Part shown: one piece after another, positions 40,740-49,920 of the stretch
How the letters are laid out: each line of letters begins with the position of its first letter
Position numbering within the stretch: position 1 is the stretch's first letter
From: a virus
IMG/VR virus record: IMGVR_UViG_3300025099_003636
Span: 1-64,000 of that record
Strand: one strand, 5' to 3'
Length of the DNA stretch: 64,000 nt
Notes under the pieces: generated by a model
Databases searched by the model: none
Seen by the model: only the letters and a program-made list of their open reading frames with translations
Told to the model about the DNA's origin: nothing
Program-made: the position numbers and the translations under genes

Positions 40740-40985
40740 CTATGACAATTTTTTATATTTATAACTTCTAGATATATTTTTAGAAAAATAACTGCCTTGA
40801 CTTTCAGACATTCTCATTTTTGTAAAAATCTTAATCGGTACTTTTTCATATGAATATGCCCCACCTTTTGCAAACTCAACAATCAGTTCATTAGTTTCTG
40901 TATTGTATTTTGTTTTTCCTAGATTAGTGGAGTCATACTCATTTATGATAAACTTACCTTCTATTTTTTCAGATTTTATTGCCAT
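40740..40985 (-). CDS. KTSC domain protein
   Basis: STN....YN.....L.VEF..G..YSY..VP...F......S.GSYF..NI. Confidence 0.85.
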   Translation of the reverse strand: MAIKSEKIEGKFIINEYDSTNLGKTKYNTETNELIVEFAKGGAYSYEKVPIKIFTKMRMSESQGSYFSKNISRSYKYKKLS

Positions 40986-41428
40986 TATTGTTGTGGTACT
41001 GGTGCTGGTGTAGGTCTTGGGTGAGGAGGAGGTGTAACATTAGGTGTCGCTACACTATCTACTTTTTGTTGTAATGTCTGTAATGTTTGATTTGTTTGAT
41101 TAAGTAGTAATGTTATATTTTTAACAGCATTATTTACTTGTTCTATTTTTTCATCAATAGACAATCTTTTCATTGGGTTTTCCTTAAAGTGATTAATTCT
41201 AGCGATTAACTCTTCTGAAGTTCTAAAATCTCTGTTAGGTAACCAAGTCTCTTCTTGACACACGATTGTTGGTGTCATTCCAATCCCTGTAACTCTAATT
41301 ATTTCATTCCAGTCCCCGATATTTTCTGAAGTAATTATTTCTTCAAAACTAATCTCTGCTTTTTTTAAGTCATCTTTAATTTTATTACAATAATGACATG
41401 TTGGGTTTGTATATATTTTAATTTTCAT
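40985..41428 (-). CDS. Glutaredoxin (NrdH-like) with C-terminal coiled coil
   Basis: IYTNPTCHYC, TP motif. Confidence 0.8.
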   Translation of the reverse strand: MKIKIYTNPTCHYCNKIKDDLKKAEISFEEIITSENIGDWNEIIRVTGIGMTPTIVCQEETWLPNRDFRTSEELIARINHFKENPMKRLSIDEKIEQVNNAVKNITLLLNQTNQTLQTLQQKVDSVATPNVTPPPHPRPTPAPVPQQ

Positions 41429-41460
41429 ATTATATTTTTTTTTAATACTAATAATTTATA

Positions 41461-41496
41461 TTGTGATTGGGAAGTATATTTTCCTCCCAATCACAA
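41461..41496 (-). terminator. Hairpin downstream of dnaK
   Basis: 12-bp inverted repeat TTGTGATTGGGA/TCCCAATCACAA with a weak U-tract. Confidence 0.55.
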
Positions 41497-41502
41497 ATTA
41501 TT

Positions 41503-43368
41503 TTACTTAACTTCTTCGAATTCAACGTCTGTGGCATCAGCTTTTGTTGTGTTATCAGTTTCTGGTACTTCAGTTTCTTGGTAAAGTTTAGTGCTTATCT
41601 CTTGCCAAGTACTATTAAGTTTTTCTGTTAAATCCTCAACTCCTTCCATATCTTCAGACTCAATAACTTCTTTAAGTTCTTTAATATTATTTTCTAGTCT
41701 AGATTTGTCCGTATCATCTAATTTATCTCCAAACTCTTCTATTTGTTTTTCTGTTTGGAATATTAGTGCGTCGGCTTCATTTAACTTATTAATTTTTTCT
41801 AACTTTTCGTTATCATCTTTGGCGTTAAGTTCAGCTTCTTTTTTCATTCTATCAATTTCATCTTCGGATAAACTACTTCCAGACTCAATTTTAATATTTT
41901 GTTGTTTACCAGTTCCTTTGTCCACAGCTTTAACATCGATTATACCATTAGCATCAATGTCAAATGTAACCTCAATTTGTGGTATACCTCTTTGAGCTGG
42001 TGGGATATCTGTTAGTTGAAATCTACCTAGTGTTCTATTGTCGTTGGACATAGGTCTTTCGCCTTGTAGTACATGTATGTCAACAGCTGGTTGATTATTT
42101 ACCGCGGTTGAGAATACTTGACTTTTTGATGTTGGGATTGTTGTGTTGGCGTCTATTAATTTTGTCATAACTTGGCCCATGGTTTCAATACCTAAAGAAA
42201 GTGGTGTTACATCTAACAATAAAACGTCATTTACATCACCAGCTAAAACACCACCTTGTATTGCTGCACCCATCGCTACAACTTCATCTGGATTCACCCC
42301 TTTAGATGGTTTTTTATTAAATAATTTTTCTACAGCCTCTTGTACCGCTGGGATTCTAGTAGAACCACCTACTAATAAAATTTCATCAATATCAGATGCT
42401 TTTAATTTTGCGTCTTTTAAAGCTTTTCTACATGGTGTTAAACTTTTTTTAACTAAATCACTAACCATAGATTCAAATTTTGCTCTAGATAAATTACGTA
42501 CTAGATGTTTTGGTCCTGTATTGTCTGCGGTAATATAAGGTAGATTAATTTCTGTTGTATTTGAGTTTGATAGTTCTACTTTTGCTTTTTCTGCGGCCTC
42601 TCTTAGTCTTTGTAATGCTGCAGCATCTTTAGATAAATCCATATTATTTTCAGTTTTAAATTCGTCTACCAACCAATCTATAATTTTTTCATCAAAATTG
42701 TCACCACCTAAATGTGTGTCACCATTCGTAGATTTTACTTCAAATACCCCGTCACCAAGTTCTAATATAGAAACATCAAATGTACCACCACCAAGGTCGT
42801 ATACCGCAACAGTCATATCCTTATTTTGTTTATCCATACCGTAAGCAAGTGCTGCAGCTGTAGGTTCATTAATAATCCTTAACACATTTAATCCAGATAT
42901 TTCTCCAGCTTCTTTTGTTGCATTTCTTTGTTCATCATTAAAATAAGCTGGTACAGTAATTACCGCATCTGTAACTTTTTCCCCAAGATAGTCTTCCGCT
43001 GTTTTTTTCAAATTCTGTAATACTACAGCTGAAATTTCTTGTGGTACATATTTTTTATCATTTACAGTTATGTTTACTGTGTCTTTTACACCTTTAACTA
43101 CTGAATAAGGCATCTTTTTTGCCTCTTTACTAATTTCACTAAACTTACTACCAATAAATCTTTTTACTGAATAGATAGTATTTTCAGGATTTGTAACTGC
43201 TTGTCTTTTTGCGGGGTCACCTACACTTCTGTCCCCCTCTTTAAACGATACAATAGAAGGTGTGGTTCTTTTTCCTTCTGCATTTACAATTATTTCTGGG
43301 TTTCCACCCTCAACCACGGAAACACACGAATTTGTTGTTCCTAAATCGATTCCAATTACTTTTGCCAT
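41503..43368 (-). CDS. dnaK: Chaperone DnaK (Hsp70)
   Basis: [49 protein letters not shown]; diderm-type N-terminal insert. Confidence 0.98.
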   Translation of the reverse strand: MAKVIGIDLGTTNSCVSVVEGGNPEIIVNAEGKRTTPSIVSFKEGDRSVGDPAKRQAVTNPENTIYSVKRFIGSKFSEISKEAKKMPYSVVKGVKDTVNITVNDKKYVPQEISAVVLQNLKKTAEDYLGEKVTDAVITVPAYFNDEQRNATKEAGEISGLNVLRIINEPTAAALAYGMDKQNKDMTVAVYDLGGGTFDVSILELGDGVFEVKSTNGDTHLGGDNFDEKIIDWLVDEFKTENNMDLSKDAAALQRLREAAEKAKVELSNSNTTEINLPYITADNTGPKHLVRNLSRAKFESMVSDLVKKSLTPCRKALKDAKLKASDIDEILLVGGSTRIPAVQEAVEKLFNKKPSKGVNPDEVVAMGAAIQGGVLAGDVNDVLLLDVTPLSLGIETMGQVMTKLIDANTTIPTSKSQVFSTAVNNQPAVDIHVLQGERPMSNDNRTLGRFQLTDIPPAQRGIPQIEVTFDIDANGIIDVKAVDKGTGKQQNIKIESGSSLSEDEIDRMKKEAELNAKDDNEKLEKINKLNEADALIFQTEKQIEEFGDKLDDTDKSRLENNIKELKEVIESEDMEGVEDLTEKLNSTWQEISTKLYQETEVPETDNTTKADATDVEFEEVK

Positions 43369-43456
43369 TTTTAATTTTGTTTTTAATTTATTGTCTTTTT
43401 AATTATAAGACATTTATTATTATTTGTCACCCCCAAAAAAGATTTTTTTATATTGT

Positions 43457-43487
43457 TTTGGTTGTTTATTTATTTTTATTACTTTTG
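43457..43487 (+). promoter_or_regulatory. Bacteroidota sigma-A-type promoter toward clpC
   Basis: TTTG (43457) + 19 nt + TACTTTTG (43480). Confidence 0.55.
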
Positions 43488-43490
43488 TAG

Positions 43491-43506
43491 TACAAATACT
43501 ATACCA
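43491..43506 (-). promoter_or_regulatory. Putative sigma-54 (-24/-12) promoter for dnaK
   Basis: Minus strand TGGTATAGTATTTGTA matches TGG-A-N6-TTG-W spacing; TGACA/TGTCA repeats upstream. Confidence 0.5.
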
Positions 43507-43609
43507 TTAGTATGTTTTTAAATAATTTATGTCATAATGTCAATACCTACTGACATACTGTCAGTTATTGATATTTATGACTTTTTATATTAACTTTAAA
43601 TAAAAAAAT

Positions 43610-45652
43610 ATGATAGAATTTAGAGATTCAGATGCAGTTGAAGATGATTTCGGTGGTCCTAACCAACCGAATAAAGATATTCCTAATAGTAGTACCCCTA
43701 TATTAGATAACTTTTCTAGAGATTTAACCACTTTAGCTTCTGAAGGGAAGTTGGACCCGGTTATCGGTAGAACAGATGAAGTAAAACGTTTAGTACAAAT
43801 ATTATCTAGGAGAAAGAAAAATAACCCCGTGCTTATTGGGGAACCTGGAGTAGGTAAAACTTCGGTAGTTGAGATGTTAGCTACCATGATTAATTCTGGT
43901 AATTGTCCCCGTACTTTGGTGGGTAAAAGAATTGTGTTACTAGAATTGTCGTCTTTGGTGGCTGGAACTAAGTATCGTGGTCAGTTTGAGGAAAGGATGA
44001 AAGCCATAATAGATGAATTACGAGAAAATAAAGATGTTATTATTTTTATAGATGAAATACATACTGTTATAGGTACTGGTAATTCTTCTGGTAATTTGGA
44101 CGCTGCGAACATTTTTAAACCACCATTGGCTAGAGGAGAAGTTCAGTGTATTGGTGCTACAACACTAGATGAGTATAGAGAAAAAATAGAAAAAGACGGT
44201 GCACTAGAAAGAAGATTCCAAAAAGTTATAATAGAACCACCATCTGTTGCTGATACTGTAGAAATTTTAAATAACATAAAACATGTCTATGAAAATCACC
44301 ACAATGTACTTTATGATGATGAAATTGTTGATTTATGTGTTAAGTTAGCTGACAGGTATATAAGTGATAGGGCATTTCCAGATAAAGCTATAGACATTAT
44401 GGATGAAGTGGGTGCTACTGTACAGATTGATGTTAAAACACCTAAGTCAATCACTAAACTTAAATTAGATATAGAAGAAGTTAAGTTGGAAAAGATTAAT
44501 GTGGTAAAATCTCAAATGTACGAAAAAGCTGCTGACCTTAGGGACGTGGAACGTAAATTAAAAACTAAATTAGATACGGTAACAAATAAGTGGGAAGAAA
44601 AACAATCTAGTAATAAAATAACTATAACTAGTTCTGATGTTATGTCGGTAGTTTCTAGAATAACCAGAATACCTTTAAGTAGGATGAATCAAAACCAAAA
44701 AAAGAATTTATTAAATCTAGATAAACAACTCAAAAAATATGTTATTGGTCAGGATAAAGCAATAGAAACAATAGTTAAATCTATTAGAAGAAATTCTGTT
44801 GGTATTAAGGAGTTGAATAAGCCTGTTGGTTCTTTTATTTGTTTAGGTCCTACTGGTGTTGGTAAAACTCATATAGCCAAAAAATTAGCTGAACTAATGT
44901 TTGGGTCTGAAGAATCTTTAATTCGTGTGGATATGTCTGAATTCCAAGAAAAACATTCTTTATCTAGACTGATAGGTTCTCCTCCAGGTTATGTGGGGTA
45001 CAATGAAGGTGGCCAATTTACAGAAAAAGTAAGACAGAAACCTTATTCTTTAATTCTATTTGATGAAATAGAAAAAGGTCATAAAGACATTTTCAATGTA
45101 TTATTGCAGATATTAGATGATGGTTACGTTACAGACGCTTCTGGTAGAAAGATTAATTTTAGAAATACTTTAATAATGATGACTTCCAATATTGGAGTTA
45201 AGCAATCTCAGGACTTTGGTGGTGGTTTAGGTTTTGTTACCAAAGCAACCCAACAAACTGATAAAGAACGAGTTAGGAGTATTATATCTAAAACATTAAA
45301 AGACACTTTTAATCCAGAATTTTTAAATAGATTAGATGATATTATATTTTTTGAGTCTTTAGAGGGTGAGAGCATTAAAAAGATTGTACGACTGGAGCTG
45401 GCTCTTTTATTAGAAAGATTAAAAGAAAAAAAATACTTAGTTAAGTTTGGTCGTAGTGTTGTAGAACATATTAGTGAAATTGGTTATGATAGTAAGTTTG
45501 GTGCTAGACCATTAAAAAGAGCTATACAATCAGAGGTGGAAGATTATATATCAGAAGAAATTCTAAAAGGTTCAATACTAGAAGATATACCATATAGTAT
45601 TGCTTATAATAAAGTTACTGAGAAGTTTAAATTAACAGAAAAAGATAAATAG
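43610..45652 (+). CDS. clpC: ClpC-like AAA+ unfoldase lacking the N-terminal Clp-repeat domain
   Basis: LDPVIGR, GEPGVGKT, KYRGQFEER, UVR-like YEKAADLRD, GPTGVGKT, GSPPGYVGY, GLGF ClpP-binding loop, GARPL. Confidence 0.9.
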   Translation: MIEFRDSDAVEDDFGGPNQPNKDIPNSSTPILDNFSRDLTTLASEGKLDPVIGRTDEVKRLVQILSRRKKNNPVLIGEPGVGKTSVVEMLATMINSGNCPRTLVGKRIVLLELSSLVAGTKYRGQFEERMKAIIDELRENKDVIIFIDEIHTVIGTGNSSGNLDAANIFKPPLARGEVQCIGATTLDEYREKIEKDGALERRFQKVIIEPPSVADTVEILNNIKHVYENHHNVLYDDEIVDLCVKLADRYISDRAFPDKAIDIMDEVGATVQIDVKTPKSITKLKLDIEEVKLEKINVVKSQMYEKAADLRDVERKLKTKLDTVTNKWEEKQSSNKITITSSDVMSVVSRITRIPLSRMNQNQKKNLLNLDKQLKKYVIGQDKAIETIVKSIRRNSVGIKELNKPVGSFICLGPTGVGKTHIAKKLAELMFGSEESLIRVDMSEFQEKHSLSRLIGSPPGYVGYNEGGQFTEKVRQKPYSLILFDEIEKGHKDIFNVLLQILDDGYVTDASGRKINFRNTLIMMTSNIGVKQSQDFGGGLGFVTKATQQTDKERVRSIISKTLKDTFNPEFLNRLDDIIFFESLEGESIKKIVRLELALLLERLKEKKYLVKFGRSVVEHISEIGYDSKFGARPLKRAIQSEVEDYISEEILKGSILEDIPYSIAYNKVTEKFKLTEKDK

Positions 45653-45669
45653 TATGATATTTATTAACA

Positions 45670-46770
45670 ATGAAACTAATAATAACACAAAGACAATCTA
45701 ATCTTCTTATTAAAGAAGCCATGGGGGTACCCAAACCTATAGAGTTTTGGGTTGACTCTATGTCTTCCTTGGTTAGAGATGGTTTATTAATGTTAGTTTC
45801 TTCTGACGACACATCTATTGATTTTACCGGGGATGAGGTTCAAGAAAAAGTTACTTCTTTAGGGTGGAACACTTCTAATGAAAGTTTTACTAAGTTTCCA
45901 TTAGCTGAACCTAATTTAAAGTTAGACTTAGTTATTGTTCCTGATGAAGATGTTAAAATAGGTGATGACTATATAAATAACGCTTCTTTTGATACTGCTG
46001 ATATGGATATCAAAGAAGCTACTTTTGATGATGGTGTTACAAGACCTTTATTAGTTGGTGGTACTATTACTCTAGAACTAACTATACCGCAATCTTCATA
46101 TGATAATGTAAGTTTTGTTGAATTATTTGATTCAGAAATAAAACCTTATGTTGAGGCTGTTCTATTCCATGAATTAACTCATGTTTATGAATTTTATAAC
46201 AGATTACTGAATTCTTCCCTAGACCCTAGTTTCGAGAATATGAGTAGTACAACATCTATGTTAAATAAAATGGGGTTAGTTGATGATTGGGATGAATTAA
46301 TGTTTTTAGTTTACTTGCATTTATCTTTTGAATTAAATGCTCGTGTTTCTGAGGTTTATGGTTTAATTAGAAATAAAAATATAAAGTCTAAAGAAGAGTT
46401 TATAGAATTTTTAAAGACTTCCAGAGCTTTTTCTTACGCTAAAAGATTAAGAAATTTCAAAGCTGATAACTATTATAGTGATTTTGAAGTCCCTCAAGAA
46501 ACCATAGATAGAGTTAGAGAGTATGATGGAAAAGAAACACCAATAGATGAAATTAAAGAAATCGTTTTACAACAATTAATTGATAACTGGGTTGTATCTT
46601 ATAAGAATTTATTAAATGATTTTTCAGACGATGAAAATCTATCTATACCCACTTTACCACCAAAGGTAACTTCTTCACCTCAAAAATTTCTTAAGTTCTG
46701 GGAGAAAAGATTTAATTCAGCTGGTGAAGATTCTATCAGAAAAATATCCAAACTTTATTCCTTAATTTAA
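45670..46770 (+). CDS. HExxH putative zinc-metallopeptidase with type-1 leader
   Basis: LFHELTHVYE...ELNAR; MKLIITQRQ..LIKE leader; TATTTAT at 45658. Confidence 0.55.
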   Translation: MKLIITQRQSNLLIKEAMGVPKPIEFWVDSMSSLVRDGLLMLVSSDDTSIDFTGDEVQEKVTSLGWNTSNESFTKFPLAEPNLKLDLVIVPDEDVKIGDDYINNASFDTADMDIKEATFDDGVTRPLLVGGTITLELTIPQSSYDNVSFVELFDSEIKPYVEAVLFHELTHVYEFYNRLLNSSLDPSFENMSSTTSMLNKMGLVDDWDELMFLVYLHLSFELNARVSEVYGLIRNKNIKSKEEFIEFLKTSRAFSYAKRLRNFKADNYYSDFEVPQETIDRVREYDGKETPIDEIKEIVLQQLIDNWVVSYKNLLNDFSDDENLSIPTLPPKVTSSPQKFLKFWEKRFNSAGEDSIRKISKLYSLI

Positions 46771-46779
46771 TCACTTTCG

Positions 46780-46811
46780 TTTGGTTGCGTAATATTTTTT
46801 TCTTATCTTTG
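46780..46811 (+). promoter_or_regulatory. Bacteroidota-type promoter, leaderless transcript
   Basis: TTTG + 20 nt + TATCTTTG, with ATG 4 nt downstream. Confidence 0.7.
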
Positions 46812-46815
46812 TAGT

Positions 46816-47316
46816 ATGAAATTAGAAAAAGCAAGAAATATAGCCCTTAGATTGATGAGAAAACACGGCCTCAATGATTACACTTTTAAGTGGGACAGAG
46901 CAGTTCGTAGATTTGGTTGTCATAATGGTAGATTAAAAACCCTCTCACTTTCTAGACCTATGACTCAACATGAAACTAACGAAAAAAGAGTAATCAATAC
47001 CATTCTTCATGAAATTGCACATGGATTAGATTATAAAAACAGAGGATATTCAAATCATGATGCCGAGTGGAAAAGAGTAGCTAGGTCTATAGGTTGTAGT
47101 GGTGAAAGATGTAGTAGTGGTTCTGGAGTAGACAAATCTCAATTTATGAAGTGGGTGGCTAGTTGTCCTAGTTGTGAAAAAGACGTTTATTACGCAAGAA
47201 AAACAAAAGTAGATAAAGCATGTGGTAGTTGTTGTAAAAAACATAACAACAACAAATACACATCAAAGTATAAATTTAACTGGGAATTAAATCCTAAAGT
47301 TGTAAAATATAGATAA
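46816..47316 (+). CDS. SprT-like zinc metalloprotease
   Basis: RRFGCH, TILHEIAH, H...WK.....GC, C-terminal CxxC...CxxC. Confidence 0.85.
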   Translation: MKLEKARNIALRLMRKHGLNDYTFKWDRAVRRFGCHNGRLKTLSLSRPMTQHETNEKRVINTILHEIAHGLDYKNRGYSNHDAEWKRVARSIGCSGERCSSGSGVDKSQFMKWVASCPSCEKDVYYARKTKVDKACGSCCKKHNNNKYTSKYKFNWELNPKVVKYR

Positions 47317-47846
47317 TGGAAAAATTAAAATACAAAATAAAAAATGGACCAAGGGTAGAATCGGTAAATGAGTTTACCCTTAGTGATAACACTAAAGTAG
47401 CCATGTTTCAGGGATTTAGAGGTTCTTACCCTGACTTAGACTTTATTGTAAAATATAAAGAACCAACAAATAGGTTAAGGACCCCTTCCCACACACATTG
47501 GATTGTAGACTTATTAGTTAAAGCAGAATTTAACAAAGAACTGGTTAGAGACTTCGTTCAGAAGTATTTGGACTTATACGATGTAATGACTCCTTTTGAA
47601 ACCCAGGAAAGTCGTAACAACTACGAACTACAGTATGTGGGAGAGTCTCTAACGGACTTTCAAGGCATAGATGGTTGTGGGTATCTAAGTGTGGAGTTTC
47701 TATCTAGTATCTTAGAGTTATTCATTTTATGTGAAAAAAGGTCGGACGATGCATTTATGTTTAAAGGTTTATTACAATTAGTAATTGACTTCTGTGATGG
47801 TAAAAGAGATTACTATCAAGTAGTAGGTTACTCTAAAAGAGTTTAA
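47316..47846 (+). CDS. Hypothetical protein
   Basis: 176-aa ORF translationally coupled to SprT. Confidence 0.7.
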   Translation: MEKLKYKIKNGPRVESVNEFTLSDNTKVAMFQGFRGSYPDLDFIVKYKEPTNRLRTPSHTHWIVDLLVKAEFNKELVRDFVQKYLDLYDVMTPFETQESRNNYELQYVGESLTDFQGIDGCGYLSVEFLSSILELFILCEKRSDDAFMFKGLLQLVIDFCDGKRDYYQVVGYSKRV

Positions 47847-47847
47847 T

Positions 47848-48654
47848 ATGAAAGAAAAATTAAAAGAATTATTATCAATACCAACTAAGACTTGGGAGGA
47901 GGAAAGATTAATCAAATATCTTATAGGTCATTTCGAAGAAAAGGGTTATAAATATGAAAAAGATGATTTAGGTAATCTGTATGTAACAAAAGGTATTTCC
48001 GATTATTTTCCTTTAGTTCTTGCACACACTGACAGTGTACACGACATTGAGGAGATGGAAGTCAGGGAAGAGTATTTGCCTAACTCACAAGGTGAAAGTA
48101 AATTAGCTCTTAAGGCTTACACAAAAGAAGATGGTTTACCTACAGGGATAGGTGGTGATGATAAAGCTGGAGTTTTTATATGTTTACAATTACTGGAAAA
48201 GTTTGATGTGATTAAAGCTTTTTTTCCAGTTGCTGAAGAGACTGGATGTCATGGAAGTAGAGGTGCTAATGAAGAGTTTTTTAAGGATGTTGGTTACGCG
48301 ATACAATTTGACTCTACTGAAAATGATACCATGTCTCTTTCCTTAATGGGCGTTAAATTATTCGAAGAGAAATCTGAATTTTTTAATAAAACTCGTAACG
48401 TAATTTTAGAGCATGGTTTTACTGAGTGGAGACATCACCCATATACTGACACTATGATTTTAAAAGAAAAGTTTAATTTTGCTTGTTTAAATTTTGCTGC
48501 GGGTTATTATAATTACCACACAAGTAATGAATATGTGGTTGTAGAAGACGTAATAAACTCTATAAAATTAGGAGAAAATGTCATAAAAAAATTAGGTAAT
48601 TATTTTTATGAATTTAAACCGGTTCAAGAAAAGTCTAGTTCTTGGTGGGGGTAA
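47848..48654 (+). CDS. M28/M20/M42-like zinc peptidase
   Basis: AHTDSVH, GGDDKAG, AEETGCHGS, QFD, GYYNYHT..E. Confidence 0.85.
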   Translation: MKEKLKELLSIPTKTWEEERLIKYLIGHFEEKGYKYEKDDLGNLYVTKGISDYFPLVLAHTDSVHDIEEMEVREEYLPNSQGESKLALKAYTKEDGLPTGIGGDDKAGVFICLQLLEKFDVIKAFFPVAEETGCHGSRGANEEFFKDVGYAIQFDSTENDTMSLSLMGVKLFEEKSEFFNKTRNVILEHGFTEWRHHPYTDTMILKEKFNFACLNFAAGYYNYHTSNEYVVVEDVINSIKLGENVIKKLGNYFYEFKPVQEKSSSWWG

Positions 48655-49207
48655 TAAGTGACTCCAACCAATCCGCAACAGGATTATAAATAAAAGTTTC
48701 TGAATTGTTAAATATTTGCCTAAAGTCTTCATACTCAGCATGATTCCTTCTTGGGTTTGATTTATACTCTATCGTAGGATATAAACCTATTTTTTCCACT
48801 TCCATAACCATATTTCTAATAGTATCTTCTAGTTGTCTTACTTGTAATTTTTTCCAAATACCATCATAATTAAGTTCTGGAGATGTTCTATGTATTTGGT
48901 CTAGTATTATTGTTTTCCAATTATTATCTAAATAATTTATTAAATAAAAATCTTTTTTTTCTTTTATTTTTTCTAAACTCAAAGTTAACTCTTGTTCTTT
49001 TATAGGTAATTTAATACTTATATTTTCTAACACATTTAGTGTTTTTGGGTTCCAACTGGAGTCTTTATTAACAAAATGTAACATTGTAGCTGTTTTCTTA
49101 TCAACCTCTAATATATTACTTATATTTGTTATTTGAATTAAAGTATCATCACTAGAATTTTCTATTATTCTATCTACCCTATCTAATATTTTAGTTAATT
49201 CACTCAC
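48635..49207 (-). CDS. Hypothetical late protein
   Basis: TATTTATA upstream (49221-49228); N-terminal IIE site. Confidence 0.6.
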   Translation of the reverse strand: MSELTKILDRVDRIIENSSDDTLIQITNISNILEVDKKTATMLHFVNKDSSWNPKTLNVLENISIKLPIKEQELTLSLEKIKEKKDFYLINYLDNNWKTIILDQIHRTSPELNYDGIWKKLQVRQLEDTIRNMVMEVEKIGLYPTIEYKSNPRRNHAEYEDFRQIFNNSETFIYNPVADWLESLITPTKN

Positions 49208-49229
49208 TTTATCTTTTTATTATAAATAT

Positions 49230-49260
49230 TTTGTTTTGTACAATAATTTACATATATTTG
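49230..49260 (+). promoter_or_regulatory. Bacteroidota-type promoter for small ORF and tmRNA
   Basis: TTTG + 19 nt + TATATTTG. Confidence 0.65.
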
Positions 49261-49285
49261 TACTATATATAAATAAATAAATATT

Positions 49286-49474
49286 ATGCCAAAATCGAGA
49301 AATAGAAAAAACCACAGTAAGAAAGTTGCTGCTAGAAATCAAAGACTTAAACAAGAACAAAATGCTCTTAGTAAACAAATGGAATTAATGAAAGAAGAGT
49401 ATATCAAAAAAATGGCTGAAGAAGCTAAAGAAAAAGAAGTCGATGCGGGTGAAGTACCTTTAACATTGGGTTAA
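49286..49474 (+). CDS. Small basic hypothetical protein
   Basis: MPKSRNRKNH... helical; A-rich start; directly upstream of tmRNA. Confidence 0.7.
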   Translation: MPKSRNRKNHSKKVAARNQRLKQEQNALSKQMELMKEEYIKKMAEEAKEKEVDAGEVPLTLG

Positions 49475-49479
49475 CATAT

Positions 49480-49890
49480 GGGGGTGACTGGAATTGATTG
49501 GCATCAGTCGATTAGTGTCAGCACGTCAAGCCTGAATTAAGCTTGTAAAACTGATTCATTTTTTTAACTGGCAAAACAATTGCTAAGTTGGTGACTTTAG
49601 GACTTGTCCGTGAGGAGTCAACAGTGGCTGTAGCGTAACTAAGTTACGACATAGCTCCATCTCTTCTAAAGAATTTAAGATTTGTGTCTTTAGTTTTTGG
49701 GGTGTCAAATAGACAAATCGAACCCGGTAACGTTTTCCACCGGTATGATGTATAGGGGGACTTGGGACTGATTTGAAGGTTGTTTATTCTATAGAATTAA
49801 GTCCGACAACAAAAGAATAAACTAAACGTGTAGGATAGACGTTAGTAGAAGATGAACAAGACGTGGGTTCGAAACCCACCACCTCCACCA
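49480..49890 (+). ncRNA. ssrA: tmRNA (ssrA)
   Basis: 5' GGGGGTG pairs with 3' CACCTCC-ACCA including G3.U; T-arm GTGGG-TTCGAAA-CCCAC; tag ORF 49570-49638 after TTTAACT. Confidence 0.93.
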
Positions 49891-49920
49891 AAAAGAAAAG
49901 GACCATTAGGTCCTTTTTTT
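49891..49920. terminator. Bidirectional terminator after tmRNA
   Basis: AAAAGGACC-ATTA-GGTCCTTTTTTT. Confidence 0.85.

Noticed and set aside
49286-49474. SmpB next to the tmRNA
   Set aside because: Only 62 aa and helical, with no SmpB motifs
49861-49890. Standalone tRNA gene
   Set aside because: The T-arm and CCA pair with the 5' end at 49480, about 400 nt away, with no anticodon arm; this is the tmRNA tRNA-like domain
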